Source of the DNA: a virus
Length of the DNA: 64,000 nucleotides
IMG/VR virus record: IMGVR_UViG_3300025237_000001
Location: 133,359-197,358 of that record
Direction: 5' to 3' (one strand)
Below the pieces are notes generated by a model. It was given only the letters and a program-made list of their open reading frames with translations. It had not been told where the DNA came from and made no database searches. The translations under genes were made by a program, and so were the position numbers. Every line of letters starts with the position of its first letter. Within the stretch, counting starts at the first letter, position 1. Of the stretch, positions 50,537 to 59,170 are shown in pieces.

Positions 50537-50609
50537 GCTGAGATAGTTCAATTGGTTGAACGCCAGTCTCTAAAACTGGAAGTTGTGGGTTCGAACCCCA
50601 CTCTCGGCA
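50537..50609 (+). tRNA. amber-suppressor tRNA (anticodon CUA) #2
   Basis: GCTGAGA/TCTCGGC-A, CCAGT-CT-CTA-AA-ACTGG, GTGGG-TTCGAAC-CCCAC. Confidence 0.9.
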
Positions 50610-50630
50610 CTAATATTAAAACAATAAATT

Positions 50631-50669
50631 ATGAAGAACACTTAGATTCGGATTAGAAATCCACCGTAA
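50631..50669 (+). CDS. amber-containing mini-ORF/leader MKNT*IRIRNPP
   Basis: ATG AAG AAC ACT TAG ATT CGG ATT AGA AAT CCA CCG TAA; same start context as 49454. Confidence 0.55.
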
Positions 50670-50683
50670 CATCCATTTTTAAA

Positions 50684-50779
50684 TCTATAAGTCGCCAAAG
50701 GTGGCAAAAAACGTTAGCTTTGGCGACTTATAGAAATCTAACCGCAGCCAAATGTAGGTAAAACATATGATTTGGCTGC
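50684..50779 (+). promoter_or_regulatory. twin hairpins with shared GCCAAA/TTTGGC core
   Basis: Perfect 17-bp stem 50684-50734 and 10-bp stem 50744-50779; no U-tract. Confidence 0.65.
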
Positions 50780-50813
50780 ACTTAAAATAATATTAAACTT
50801 AAAATACAAAAAA

Positions 50814-51251
50814 ATGGAAGTACAAGATTCAATTAGAATGCAATTCACGGAAACACAATTAGAAAATAACTATTACGAAATGATTAAAACAATCAGCGAA
50901 ATAGTGAAAGTTAAAGATTTCACTATCACAATAGATGGAGTAGAAACAGATGTATTAATACATTTAAAACCAGACTTTAGTGATTTATCTCAAAATGCTA
51001 GAAAGAACTTAGCAAAGAGAATGTACTATGTTGATAAGAAGAAAAGTCGTAAGTCAATAAACACGTTTTTCTTCATTGCAAGAAGATTAGGGGTGATTAA
51101 TAGTAACATTTCAATCAAATTAGGTAAAAAAGAACGTGAAATCCAAAGAAAGAGAAAAATTTGGACCATCATGAGAGACAACGCTGACAAGGCTTTACAA
51201 GAATATAAAAAAGAAAAAGGTGATTTTTATAAGAAAACCTTGGAAGTGTAA
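50814..51251 (+). CDS. hypothetical basic protein
   Basis: ATG at 50814; Lys/Arg-rich C-terminus. Confidence 0.55.
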   Translation: MEVQDSIRMQFTETQLENNYYEMIKTISEIVKVKDFTITIDGVETDVLIHLKPDFSDLSQNARKNLAKRMYYVDKKKSRKSINTFFFIARRLGVINSNISIKLGKKEREIQRKRKIWTIMRDNADKALQEYKKEKGDFYKKTLEV

Positions 51252-51275
51252 CATATTTATAGTATATTTGCAATG

Positions 51276-51797
51276 GCTATAGTAAAGACTCTTCGGAGTT
51301 AATCTACGACAGATTAATTTACGTATGTGTTCAAAAGCATGATAGTCACTAAATATTCCTTTAGCGAGGGAGCCTTATTCGAGGTGGAGAACACTGCGAC
51401 ACTCGATAAGATAGGTAACATCACCTAAGAGTAAGCGTGTTTGAGGGTGATAATATTTTTTAAAATTATATAAACAATGCAGTAAAAGTATCAGACTACA
51501 TGCAAGCTACATGTCCGAGGTATTAATAACTGATTAGAGTGAAGCGATAAGTAATGGTGTGACTCTAGCCATGAGAAAGAGTATCGTTGTATTGTTTTAT
51601 TTTAAAAAGGTTCTAATAGGAGTGGTAGATAAGTTGGGAGTAATTACTCAAACAGCATCACCGACTTGAACTTTTAATTATAAAGGTTTAGTAAAAAAAA
51701 CAACTCGGCTTAGGGAAGTCATCTGCTGTATCTTGGTAACAGGATTAACCCTTAAAACAAGTGACTAATCAGGATGTGTTACCTGAAACCTTTTTTA
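51276..51797 (+). ncRNA. array of structured non-coding RNA modules
   Basis: ORF-free; downstream of TATATTTG promoter; closing stems at 51472/51597, 51606/51675, 51683/51795; UUCG hairpin; pseudoknot-type pairings. Confidence 0.6.
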
Positions 51798-51878
51798 TTG
51801 AAATGATAAAGTAAGAATAATTTTTAAGTATAAGTTTGGAATGTTACGAATAACTCGATAACTTAAAAACTGAAAATT

Positions 51879-52265
51879 ATGAAAAACTTTAAAAATTTTA
51901 ATGAAGCTCTTGCTTGGCAAGTAGAAAAAGGACACTATGACATTAACCAAGAACTGGAAACGGGGATTGTTAATATCGATAGAGTTCAATTCTCATTAGG
52001 AGACGTATTTTGGATAGCCTTGGCTGACGGATACTATCTTGATGATTATGAAGAAGGAGTCACCCAATATGGTTTCACTGCCTCTGGTAAGTGGGCTGCT
52101 GTTGATGGTGGACATTGTTCATGCTACGGCTGGGAAGAAATGGTTGATAATGACATAACGTACTATGATTCGCTTGAGGTTCTGCTGAAAGCTGATTCGG
52201 GTGCAGAAGTTATTATGACGTACAAGGATACCATAGAGAAGGTTCTACCTTTTTTGAAACTCTAG
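51879..52265 (+). CDS. hypothetical protein
   Basis: GHCSCYG motif; ends in TAG. Confidence 0.6.
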   Translation: MKNFKNFNEALAWQVEKGHYDINQELETGIVNIDRVQFSLGDVFWIALADGYYLDDYEEGVTQYGFTASGKWAAVDGGHCSCYGWEEMVDNDITYYDSLEVLLKADSGAEVIMTYKDTIEKVLPFLKL

Positions 52266-52271
52266 TACAGA

Positions 52272-52310
52272 AAAAGAGATGATTTAATTTTAAATCATCT
52301 CTTTTTTTTT
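52272..52310 (+). terminator. intrinsic terminator
   Basis: AAAAGAGATGATTTAA-TT-TTAAATCATCTCTTTT plus T-run. Confidence 0.8.
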
Positions 52311-52332
52311 GTTTATAATAATATTTATTATT

Positions 52333-52872
52333 ATGACAAACAAATACATGAACATCGCATTACAAAGAGAGACTGAATTCACACATTTCAAAGAAGAGAT
52401 TTTTAAACACACCCTTAAATGGGAAGGTGGTGGAAAACTTCATAATGTACGTGGAGATTCAGGGGGTTGGACCGTTTGGGGAATAGCCTACAACTATAAT
52501 AAAAAATTATTTAACAATCTAGTTGATTTCAAAGACACTACATATAATGAAGCGGCAGCTATAGCATTCGTTAAATATTATCTATCCGTTAGAGCTAATT
52601 TAGTTCCTATCGAAGCTAGGTTAATGTATTTCGACATTGCTTATAACATGGGTAATAAACAAGCAATTAAAATGATGCAACGTTGTATAGGTGTTAATGG
52701 TGATGGTATCATTGGTGCTATCACAGAAAGTAAAATGGGTAATCTTACTGAAAAATGTTTATATGATAGGAGAACAAAATTTTATTATTCTTTAGCAAGA
52801 AGAAAGGTAAGATTCAAAAGGTTTCTTAAAGGATGGTTGAATAGAACCAATGACATTTTCAAAATAAAGTAA
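52333..52872 (+). CDS. glycoside hydrolase family 108 lysozyme with PG-binding domain
   Basis: WEGG..GDSGGWT..GI; FDIAYNMG..MQRCIGVNGDGIIG..KGWLNR. Confidence 0.85.
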   Translation: MTNKYMNIALQRETEFTHFKEEIFKHTLKWEGGGKLHNVRGDSGGWTVWGIAYNYNKKLFNNLVDFKDTTYNEAAAIAFVKYYLSVRANLVPIEARLMYFDIAYNMGNKQAIKMMQRCIGVNGDGIIGAITESKMGNLTEKCLYDRRTKFYYSLARRKVRFKRFLKGWLNRTNDIFKIK

Positions 52873-52915
52873 AGTTTTTTTTGTTTATATGAATTTTTAT
52901 TTGTATATTTGTAAT

Positions 52916-53341
52916 ATGAAAGAAACAAATTGGAAAGACATTAGGGAAATACCAGCTAATGGTAAAAAAGGGTGGTCAAATGGAGCATATACAATTGCTT
53001 TCGTTTATTCCAATAAAGGTAACTTTATCCTTAAGGGATATTACGGTGAAGTCAGTGAGCATTTACAAAAGCTTAAAGACAGGGGTTATAAATTCATAGT
53101 GAATAAAACTCTTTGGTCTACAGACGCTTGGACAGATAAGAAACAATTTAGAAATATCTGGGCAGCATCAAGTAATTCAACATACGTATATGAACCCGAT
53201 TATTCAAGGAGAGATAAAAAATCAAGAACATATAAATGGAAGATTCAACGTACCCCTAGTGATGGTGGTAAACGTATAAGTGTTACATTTAAAAGGTTTC
53301 CAAAGAGATGGGTACCAGAATTAGATAAAGTAATTATATAG
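52916..53341 (+). CDS. hypothetical protein
   Basis: ATG just after TATATTTG promoter. Confidence 0.55.
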   Translation: MKETNWKDIREIPANGKKGWSNGAYTIAFVYSNKGNFILKGYYGEVSEHLQKLKDRGYKFIVNKTLWSTDAWTDKKQFRNIWAASSNSTYVYEPDYSRRDKKSRTYKWKIQRTPSDGGKRISVTFKRFPKRWVPELDKVII

Positions 53342-53448
53342 GGTGTAAAGTGGGATACATACAAAAAGCATAACCTCCCCAGTAGTTCAAACAGTGAGGA
53401 AATACGAACAGCATAACTACTCCGTTATACGTTTGAGCTACAACACTC
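53340..53448 (+). ncRNA. candidate structured ncRNA
   Basis: AGGGTGT/ACACTCT closing stem; GTAGTTCAAAC/GTTTGAGCTAC 11-bp stem; CCTC/GAGG cross-pairing. Confidence 0.5.
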
Positions 53449-53467
53449 TATTTATAAATAATAAACA

Positions 53468-53692
53468 ATGGTATTAGAACGAAAAGAATCAGCCGACAGT
53501 ATAACTGTCGTATATTCAGAACATGATGATGGTTTTGGTATATTTTGTCCACATTGTGGAATAGAACAAATTGAAAATCCAATTAATATCCTTATGGGTA
53601 CTGATGGTTATAATGAGTGGAATTGTGATGAATGTGAAAAGGAATTTTCAGTACAATCAACAACATTTATAGAATACGTAACATCGAAATAA
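53468..53692 (+). CDS. small Zn-ribbon protein
   Basis: CPHC..CDEC. Confidence 0.6.
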   Translation: MVLERKESADSITVVYSEHDDGFGIFCPHCGIEQIENPINILMGTDGYNEWNCDECEKEFSVQSTTFIEYVTSK

Positions 53693-53693
53693 A

Positions 53694-54848
53694 ATGCGAA
53701 TTAAAAAGAAAAATATATTATTTGAACAAAGGGTAAGGTCACAGATGCCTATACCTGATGAGGTAAAAAAACTTCATTCTTTATTTACTAAGAATGGATT
53801 TGATTTATTCATCGTGGGTGGTGCTGTACGTGACACTCTTTTGAAAAAAGAAATTAAGGATTACGACCTTGCAACCAATGCGACACCAGAAGATATGGTT
53901 CCAATGTTTAATAAAGTTGGGATTAAAAATGTTCCAGTTGAAGTTGGTGGTAAACAAGCTGTTGTAAACATCCATATGAGTGATGATTACGAAATTGCTA
54001 CTTTTAGGTCTGATTCTAAAGAAGGTGATGGGCGAAGACCTGACTCAGTAACATTTACTGATATCGCAACTGATGTGTTGAGAAGAGATTTAACAATCAA
54101 CGCTTTATTCTACGATATGTCAACCAACGAGATTGTTGATTTAGTTGGTGGTATGGAAGACATCAAAAATGGTGTTATTAGAACTGTAGGTGAAGCAGAT
54201 GACCGTTTCAATGAAGATAAACTTAGAATTCTTAGAGCAATTAGATTTGCTGGTAGAATTGGTTCTAAATTAGACCCAGCTATTGATAAGTCATTAAGAC
54301 GAGATAGTTCATTAGAAGGAATTTCTGGTGAAAGAATTAGAGATGAATTTGTTAAGGGTATTAATTCGGCTAAGTCAGTTGAATACTTTTTATCCTTATT
54401 AGATAAGTACGGTTTATTCGATACTATCTTTAGAGGTCTTACACCAATAAATAAGGATTTCACTAATAAATTTAATGATTACCTTAGAGTAATTGCTAAG
54501 TTATTAAGAGACGTACCTTACGATTCAATCAACAAAACTTTGAATAGTTTGAAATACTCATCTTGGGAAAGTCAAAAGATTGTGTTCATGGTGGCTTTCC
54601 ACCAAACATTTTCTGAAAACACTTTCTATGCTTTGAAAAAGATGCATAAGAAATCTGGGATTAGTGATAATACATTCTTAGGATTTGTTGAAGAGACTGG
54701 TGGTGATGTTGGACTTACTCGTGACTTCATCAATCACCAACTAAGTATTAGTGGTGACTTTGTTAAAGAGAAGTACGGAATGAAAGATGGTCCTGAACTA
54801 GGGGTTAAGATTAAAGAATTAGAAACGCAGCTATTTCTTTCTAAATAG
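53694..54848 (+). CDS. cca: tRNA nucleotidyltransferase (CCA-adding/poly(A) polymerase class II)
   Basis: VGGAVRD..DYDLAT, RRDLTINA, RFNEDKLRILRAIRF; most nearby tRNAs lack encoded CCA. Confidence 0.85.
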   Translation: MRIKKKNILFEQRVRSQMPIPDEVKKLHSLFTKNGFDLFIVGGAVRDTLLKKEIKDYDLATNATPEDMVPMFNKVGIKNVPVEVGGKQAVVNIHMSDDYEIATFRSDSKEGDGRRPDSVTFTDIATDVLRRDLTINALFYDMSTNEIVDLVGGMEDIKNGVIRTVGEADDRFNEDKLRILRAIRFAGRIGSKLDPAIDKSLRRDSSLEGISGERIRDEFVKGINSAKSVEYFLSLLDKYGLFDTIFRGLTPINKDFTNKFNDYLRVIAKLLRDVPYDSINKTLNSLKYSSWESQKIVFMVAFHQTFSENTFYALKKMHKKSGISDNTFLGFVEETGGDVGLTRDFINHQLSISGDFVKEKYGMKDGPELGVKIKELETQLFLSK

Positions 54849-54868
54849 TTATATTTTTAATGTTATGA

Positions 54869-54900
54869 AAATGGTATAAAGAAATTTATACCATTTTTTT
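54869..54900 (+). terminator. intrinsic terminator
   Basis: AAAATGGTATAAA-GAAA-TTTATACCATTTT. Confidence 0.8.
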
Positions 54901-54960
54901 TGTTTAAAACTTGTTTATGTCAATTATATTGTGTTATATTGCACAACAAAAGAGATAAAT

Positions 54961-55146
54961 ATGGAAAACAATTTTAAACGAAGTGAATCAGACTCAATGT
55001 TATTCGGTGTATGTGGTGGTATAGCGGAATACACAAAAACTGACGTAACTTTATGGCGATTAGGATTTGTATTGTTATTTTTTACAGCAATACCTATCGG
55101 TCTTCTTTATTTTATCACAACATTTATAACAGAAACTAAAGATTAA
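54961..55146 (+). CDS. PspC domain protein
   Basis: KRSESDSMLFGVCGGIAEY..DVTLWRL. Confidence 0.85.
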   Translation: MENNFKRSESDSMLFGVCGGIAEYTKTDVTLWRLGFVLLFFTAIPIGLLYFITTFITETKD

Positions 55147-55169
55147 TTTAAACAAAAAAAACAAAAATT

Positions 55170-56525
55170 ATGTTAACAATTACAGGAATTATTATTTTAT
55201 TAACGGGAATTGCATTATTCATTTTGCAAAACCACAACAAAAATGCGAAAGCAAGAAATATTGAAGTGAGAGCCTTCAACCAAACCCAAACGGACAGTTA
55301 CAATCATAGAGACCTTAACACTGTTATTGAAATCCCATTAAATAGATGGATTCCAACAATTTTAGGTGTTATGCTCATATTTTTTGCGGTAGCAAACCCA
55401 TTCAGTATTAATGATGCTACAGAGAGAACGGTTATTCAACCAATTAAAGGTGAATTGTGGACGCAATTCGGACCAGGTTTATATTGGTCAGGATTTTTCA
55501 GTACAAAAACAATCTGGCCGAACAATTTCACAATTCAAGTAAGTCGTGAAAAGAACATGAGTCCAGATGCTGATTTATGGATAGCTAGTAACAAGAAAGA
55601 TGGTACATTCTCTGAAGGTGATAACGCTGAATTAGAACATACAGTGAAATGGGATTTACCAAATAAACCAGATAAGATGACTGACTTGCATATTACATAT
55701 GCTAATTTTGAAAATTTAATGAGTACTACTTTACTATCTTATCAAAAGAAAATTGCATCATTTAGTACACAACGTATGTCATCTGAGGCACATTACTCTG
55801 GTGGTAAATCACAGTTAGATGAGTATTTCCAAGACCAATTAAGAAATGGACAAGTGTTATTAAATACACAAACGAAAACTAGAAAATTAGAAGATGGTAG
55901 CGAAGAAACATACATAGATGTTACACCTAAACTTAATTCAGATGGTTCTATTAGACGTTCAATCTCAGATATTCAAACATTCGACATCCTTTCAACTTAC
56001 ACATCAATGGATAATGTACATTATGTAGAAGAAATTGATATCAAATTAAAGCAAAAGATTAAGTATGCGGCTGATAAAGCTAACTCTAAACAAGAATTAA
56101 TCGCTGCTCAACAAGAGGAAGCAACAGCTATTGTTAAGGGTAATAAATTACTTGCGGAAACTACAGCTAGAGAAGAAGCTTTGGAATTAGAAGCGGTTAT
56201 TCAAGCTAGAAAAAATAAATTAGTTGCGGCTGAGAAATTACAAGAAGATAAGTATAAAGCTGCTTCTACAATTGCTTTAAAGAAAGCTGAAGCTGAAGGA
56301 GATAGACTGAAAGTAATTGCTGGATTAAGTCCATTAGAAAGAGCTAATATTGATAAAGAAACTGCCATTGGGGTAGCGGCTGAGTTAGCTAAGGTTCAAT
56401 TTCCAGATAATATGATTATCGTTGGAGGTGGTTCTAATGGTGGAGGTGTGAATCCTTTTGATGCGGTTGGTTTAGAATCATTCTATAACCTATCTAAACA
56501 GATGTCAAAGAATAATAAAAAATAA
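55170..56525 (+). CDS. SPFH/band 7 family membrane protein
   Basis: Two N-terminal TM segments, GPGLYW, EA-rich coiled coil, PDNMIIVGG C-terminus. Confidence 0.7.
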   Translation: MLTITGIIILLTGIALFILQNHNKNAKARNIEVRAFNQTQTDSYNHRDLNTVIEIPLNRWIPTILGVMLIFFAVANPFSINDATERTVIQPIKGELWTQFGPGLYWSGFFSTKTIWPNNFTIQVSREKNMSPDADLWIASNKKDGTFSEGDNAELEHTVKWDLPNKPDKMTDLHITYANFENLMSTTLLSYQKKIASFSTQRMSSEAHYSGGKSQLDEYFQDQLRNGQVLLNTQTKTRKLEDGSEETYIDVTPKLNSDGSIRRSISDIQTFDILSTYTSMDNVHYVEEIDIKLKQKIKYAADKANSKQELIAAQQEEATAIVKGNKLLAETTAREEALELEAVIQARKNKLVAAEKLQEDKYKAASTIALKKAEAEGDRLKVIAGLSPLERANIDKETAIGVAAELAKVQFPDNMIIVGGGSNGGGVNPFDAVGLESFYNLSKQMSKNNKK

Positions 56526-56530
56526 GGTTT

Positions 56531-57124
56531 ATGGAGAAGTCTGTTAACGTAACAACATGTACTGAAGGTGAGATACAAGGGTTTCAGGACCCTTGTATCG
56601 GAACCTATACAGGTAAACGTATTTATTTCGGGAACATTAAAGCGGAAGATATATCAATTATTGATATAGCACATTCTTTATCCCACATATGTAGGTTTAC
56701 TGGGCACACTAAAGAATTCTATAGTGTTGCACAACATTCAGTGTTGGTTTCAGACCACCAAACAACTTTAGCTGAAAAACGAGCTGGTCTATTACATGAT
56801 GCGACTGAGTGTTATTTAAATGATTTGGCAAGCCCGTTAAAAAAGTATTTATCAGGATGTGGATATTCAGAATTAGAAAATGAGTTCCATGAGGTTATAA
56901 ATGAGAAGTATAATATCAACGATGGATTTACACCGAACATCAAGAAAGTTGATTTACAAGCATTGTTCACTGAAAAACGTGACGTGTTGAATAAACCAAA
57001 TAGTGATTGGGGTTGGGGAGATGAAATAATGAGATTCGAAGAAACGATAATACCACTGCAACCAAAAGAAGCTAGGGCATTATTCTTAAAACGATTTGAA
57101 GAATTATTCCCTGAGTTCAATTGA
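56531..57124 (+). CDS. HD-domain phosphohydrolase (YfbR-like)
   Basis: IAHSLS..RFTGH..YSVAQHS..LLHDATE. Confidence 0.85.
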   Translation: MEKSVNVTTCTEGEIQGFQDPCIGTYTGKRIYFGNIKAEDISIIDIAHSLSHICRFTGHTKEFYSVAQHSVLVSDHQTTLAEKRAGLLHDATECYLNDLASPLKKYLSGCGYSELENEFHEVINEKYNINDGFTPNIKKVDLQALFTEKRDVLNKPNSDWGWGDEIMRFEETIIPLQPKEARALFLKRFEELFPEFN

Positions 57125-57369
57125 TACTTATTGATACACCAAGAAAGAAAGATAACGGCTGCCATATGGTAGCCTTATCTGTTTCTGACCTACACGAATT
57201 TGCTAAGAGTATTGGTGTGAACAAATGTTGGTTTGAGAATAAAAAAGGTAAGAAAAGACCTCACTATGATATCAAAGGGAAACAGATTGAAAAAGCAATT
57301 GGTGCTGGGGCTATACTAGTGACTAGAAGGGAATTAAGCACGTTCTTAAAAGAAAATTATGACAAGTAG
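57121..57369 (+). CDS. DUF4031-like protein
   Basis: HMVA..DLHEFAKSIG..WF..HYDI. Confidence 0.7.
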   Translation: MILIDTPRKKDNGCHMVALSVSDLHEFAKSIGVNKCWFENKKGKKRPHYDIKGKQIEKAIGAGAILVTRRELSTFLKENYDK

Positions 57370-57401
57370 GTACTTTACTGATATTTATAATAAAAGTATA
57401 T

Positions 57402-58001
57402 ATGAAAAACAAGTTTTTGACACAACAAGCTAGGATAGATAACCTTAAAAATAGAGGTAATAAAATTAAAGAAACCTTCAAAAAGGAATTCAATAAGATT
57501 AAGAGAATTGATGAAGTGGCAGTAAGACAACCAGATGAAGAAGAGAATAGACCTAATCTTCATGTTTACCAACAAGACCCTAATGCAGAAAAAGATGTAA
57601 ATGAATCTCATCAAGCAGATGAACAATTTTCAAATATTAATTTTAATTTAGGTGAGAGGGCTTTTATAACAGGTCATGTTATCAAGGAAGAGTTTAACGA
57701 AATAATAGGTGGTCAAAAGATACAAGGTGCAATTCAAATTGATGTACATTCATATGAAGGTGGTACTGTAGACAAGAGTCCAAATTTAGCAATATTTTTA
57801 CAATATGTTTGTAATTCTACACCAGAAGGTACGACTAGTTACCTTAACCTATATAGTAGAGGTGATAATAAAGGTGCTTTAATTGATAATATCAGCAATG
57901 AAAACTTCAAACAATATATTCAACGTAAATTGATAGATAAACTTGATGCATATTCAGCACAAAAGATAAGTGAAATGAGAAATGATAAGAAAATACGATA
58001 A
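57402..58001 (+). CDS. hypothetical late protein
   Basis: TATTTATA at 57382. Confidence 0.55.
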   Translation: MKNKFLTQQARIDNLKNRGNKIKETFKKEFNKIKRIDEVAVRQPDEEENRPNLHVYQQDPNAEKDVNESHQADEQFSNINFNLGERAFITGHVIKEEFNEIIGGQKIQGAIQIDVHSYEGGTVDKSPNLAIFLQYVCNSTPEGTTSYLNLYSRGDNKGALIDNISNENFKQYIQRKLIDKLDAYSAQKISEMRNDKKIR

Positions 58002-58347
58002 ATCAGAAAACATTAAGAAAGCCAATCAACGACTTAATGAAGGTACTAAGAATAAAAAAGGACCTATCGATGTTGATAAATTAATTAAGTATGCGGAAGC
58101 TATTTCATTAATTTGTGATGGTGAATACGGTGATACATATTACCATGAAGAAGATAATAACATATTTATATGCTTAGGTGATTCAAACCCATTTGACACC
58201 GAATTCCTTGAATGGATTATGAGAGATGCGATTAAGACATCGTATGATGTTTCAGATGATGACATCGATATTGAGATTGAAAATGAATGTGGTCCAAGCG
58301 GAGAAGGTTGGAAACGTATTAGAAATGGAAAATTAATTGATAATTAA
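57982..58347 (+). CDS. hypothetical protein
   Basis: 121-aa coupled ORF. Confidence 0.55.
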   Translation: MIRKYDKSENIKKANQRLNEGTKNKKGPIDVDKLIKYAEAISLICDGEYGDTYYHEEDNNIFICLGDSNPFDTEFLEWIMRDAIKTSYDVSDDDIDIEIENECGPSGEGWKRIRNGKLIDN

Positions 58348-58479
58348 TTAACTGTAAATCAGTTAATTATAAATTAATTTAAAAAAAGTGTGAAAAAAAC
58401 TTGTTTTGTATTAGAACATTTAGTATATTTGCACTATATATTAATAACCGAGGTTCACACCTCAACTTAAAATTAGAAA

Positions 58480-58581
58480 ATGCAAAGCAGTATTATACAT
58501 ATTAGTAATTCGATGAATTGGAGACGTAATTCTCCAAACAGGTCAGGTATGTCTATACTTAAAGGGACAAATTGGGATTAA
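58480..58581 (+). CDS. putative 33-aa leader peptide upstream of tRNA cluster
   Basis: MQSSIIHISNSMNWRRNSPNRSGMSILKGTNWD, between promoter (58424) and terminator. Confidence 0.4.
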   Translation: MQSSIIHISNSMNWRRNSPNRSGMSILKGTNWD

Positions 58582-58609
58582 AACCAATTTAACCAATAAT
58601 ATAAGATTT

Positions 58610-58642
58610 AAATCCTGACAGAAATGTTAGGATTTTTTTTTT
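58610..58642 (+). terminator. intrinsic terminator/attenuator
   Basis: AAATCCTGACA-GAAA-TGTTAGGATTT plus long T-run. Confidence 0.85.
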
Positions 58643-58665
58643 GTTCTAATTTTAAAAGACAACAT

Positions 58666-58751
58666 GGTGGTTGTTGCAGAGCGGTCAAATGCGCTAGGTT
58701 GTGGTCCTAGTATCTGAAGAGATTTCGGGGGTTCGAATCCCCTCTTCCACC
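58666..58751 (+). tRNA. tRNA-His(GUG), atypical (long variable arm, two U.U acceptor mismatches)
   Basis: G-1/C73; CTAGG-TT-GTG-GT-CCTAG; ATCT-GAAG-AGAT variable arm. Confidence 0.7.
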
Positions 58752-58804
58752 CTTTAAAAGTTTATATACTTTTAGGTCTTATTTGTACCTTAAACAAATA
58801 ATAT

Positions 58805-58878
58805 GGTGTTAGTATTATAACGGTTAATAAGCTAGGTTGTGAACCTAGAGAATGTCGGTTCGAATCCGATTTAACACC
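58805..58878 (+). tRNA. tRNA-His(GUG)
   Basis: G-1/C73; CTAGG-TT-GTG-AA-CCTAG. Confidence 0.85.
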
Positions 58879-58886
58879 CAAGATAT

Positions 58887-58961
58887 GGTCGTGGTCAGGA
58901 TGACCCCACTTCGAAGGAGGTGAATACATGTTCGGTTAGAGTTCAAGTCTCTTTCATGACC
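58887..58961 (+). ncRNA. tRNA-like RNA with His-type G-1:C73 acceptor but no anticodon loop
   Basis: G-GTCGTGG/TCATGAC-C; CACTTC-GAAG-GAGGTG tetraloop; TTCAAGT T-loop. Confidence 0.55.
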
Positions 58962-59041
58962 CAATAATTGAGAAAAATCTCAATGTTCTTTGACATACTG
59001 AAAACAAATTATGACGTGGGCGACCAAACCCACGTCAACAC

Positions 59042-59110
59042 ACAGGTTAGGCTATGGCAGCCAAACGCTCTCCAAAAGCGTAGGATAGAGTTCGATTCTC
59101 TAAGCCTGTG
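59042..59110 (+). tRNA. tRNA-Trp(CCA), short D-arm
   Basis: ACAGGTT/AGCCTGT-G; ACGCT-CT-CCA-AA-AGCGT. Confidence 0.75.
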
Positions 59111-59170
59111 CGAAAGTGAAATGCTTTACTTTCTCGCTAAATTTGTTATATTTATATTAAATAATTAGAT

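Noticed and set aside
49046-50609. Pyrrolysine or selenocysteine system
   Set aside because: Both CUA tRNAs are canonical cloverleaves with A73; no pylRS/pylBCD or sel genes in the window
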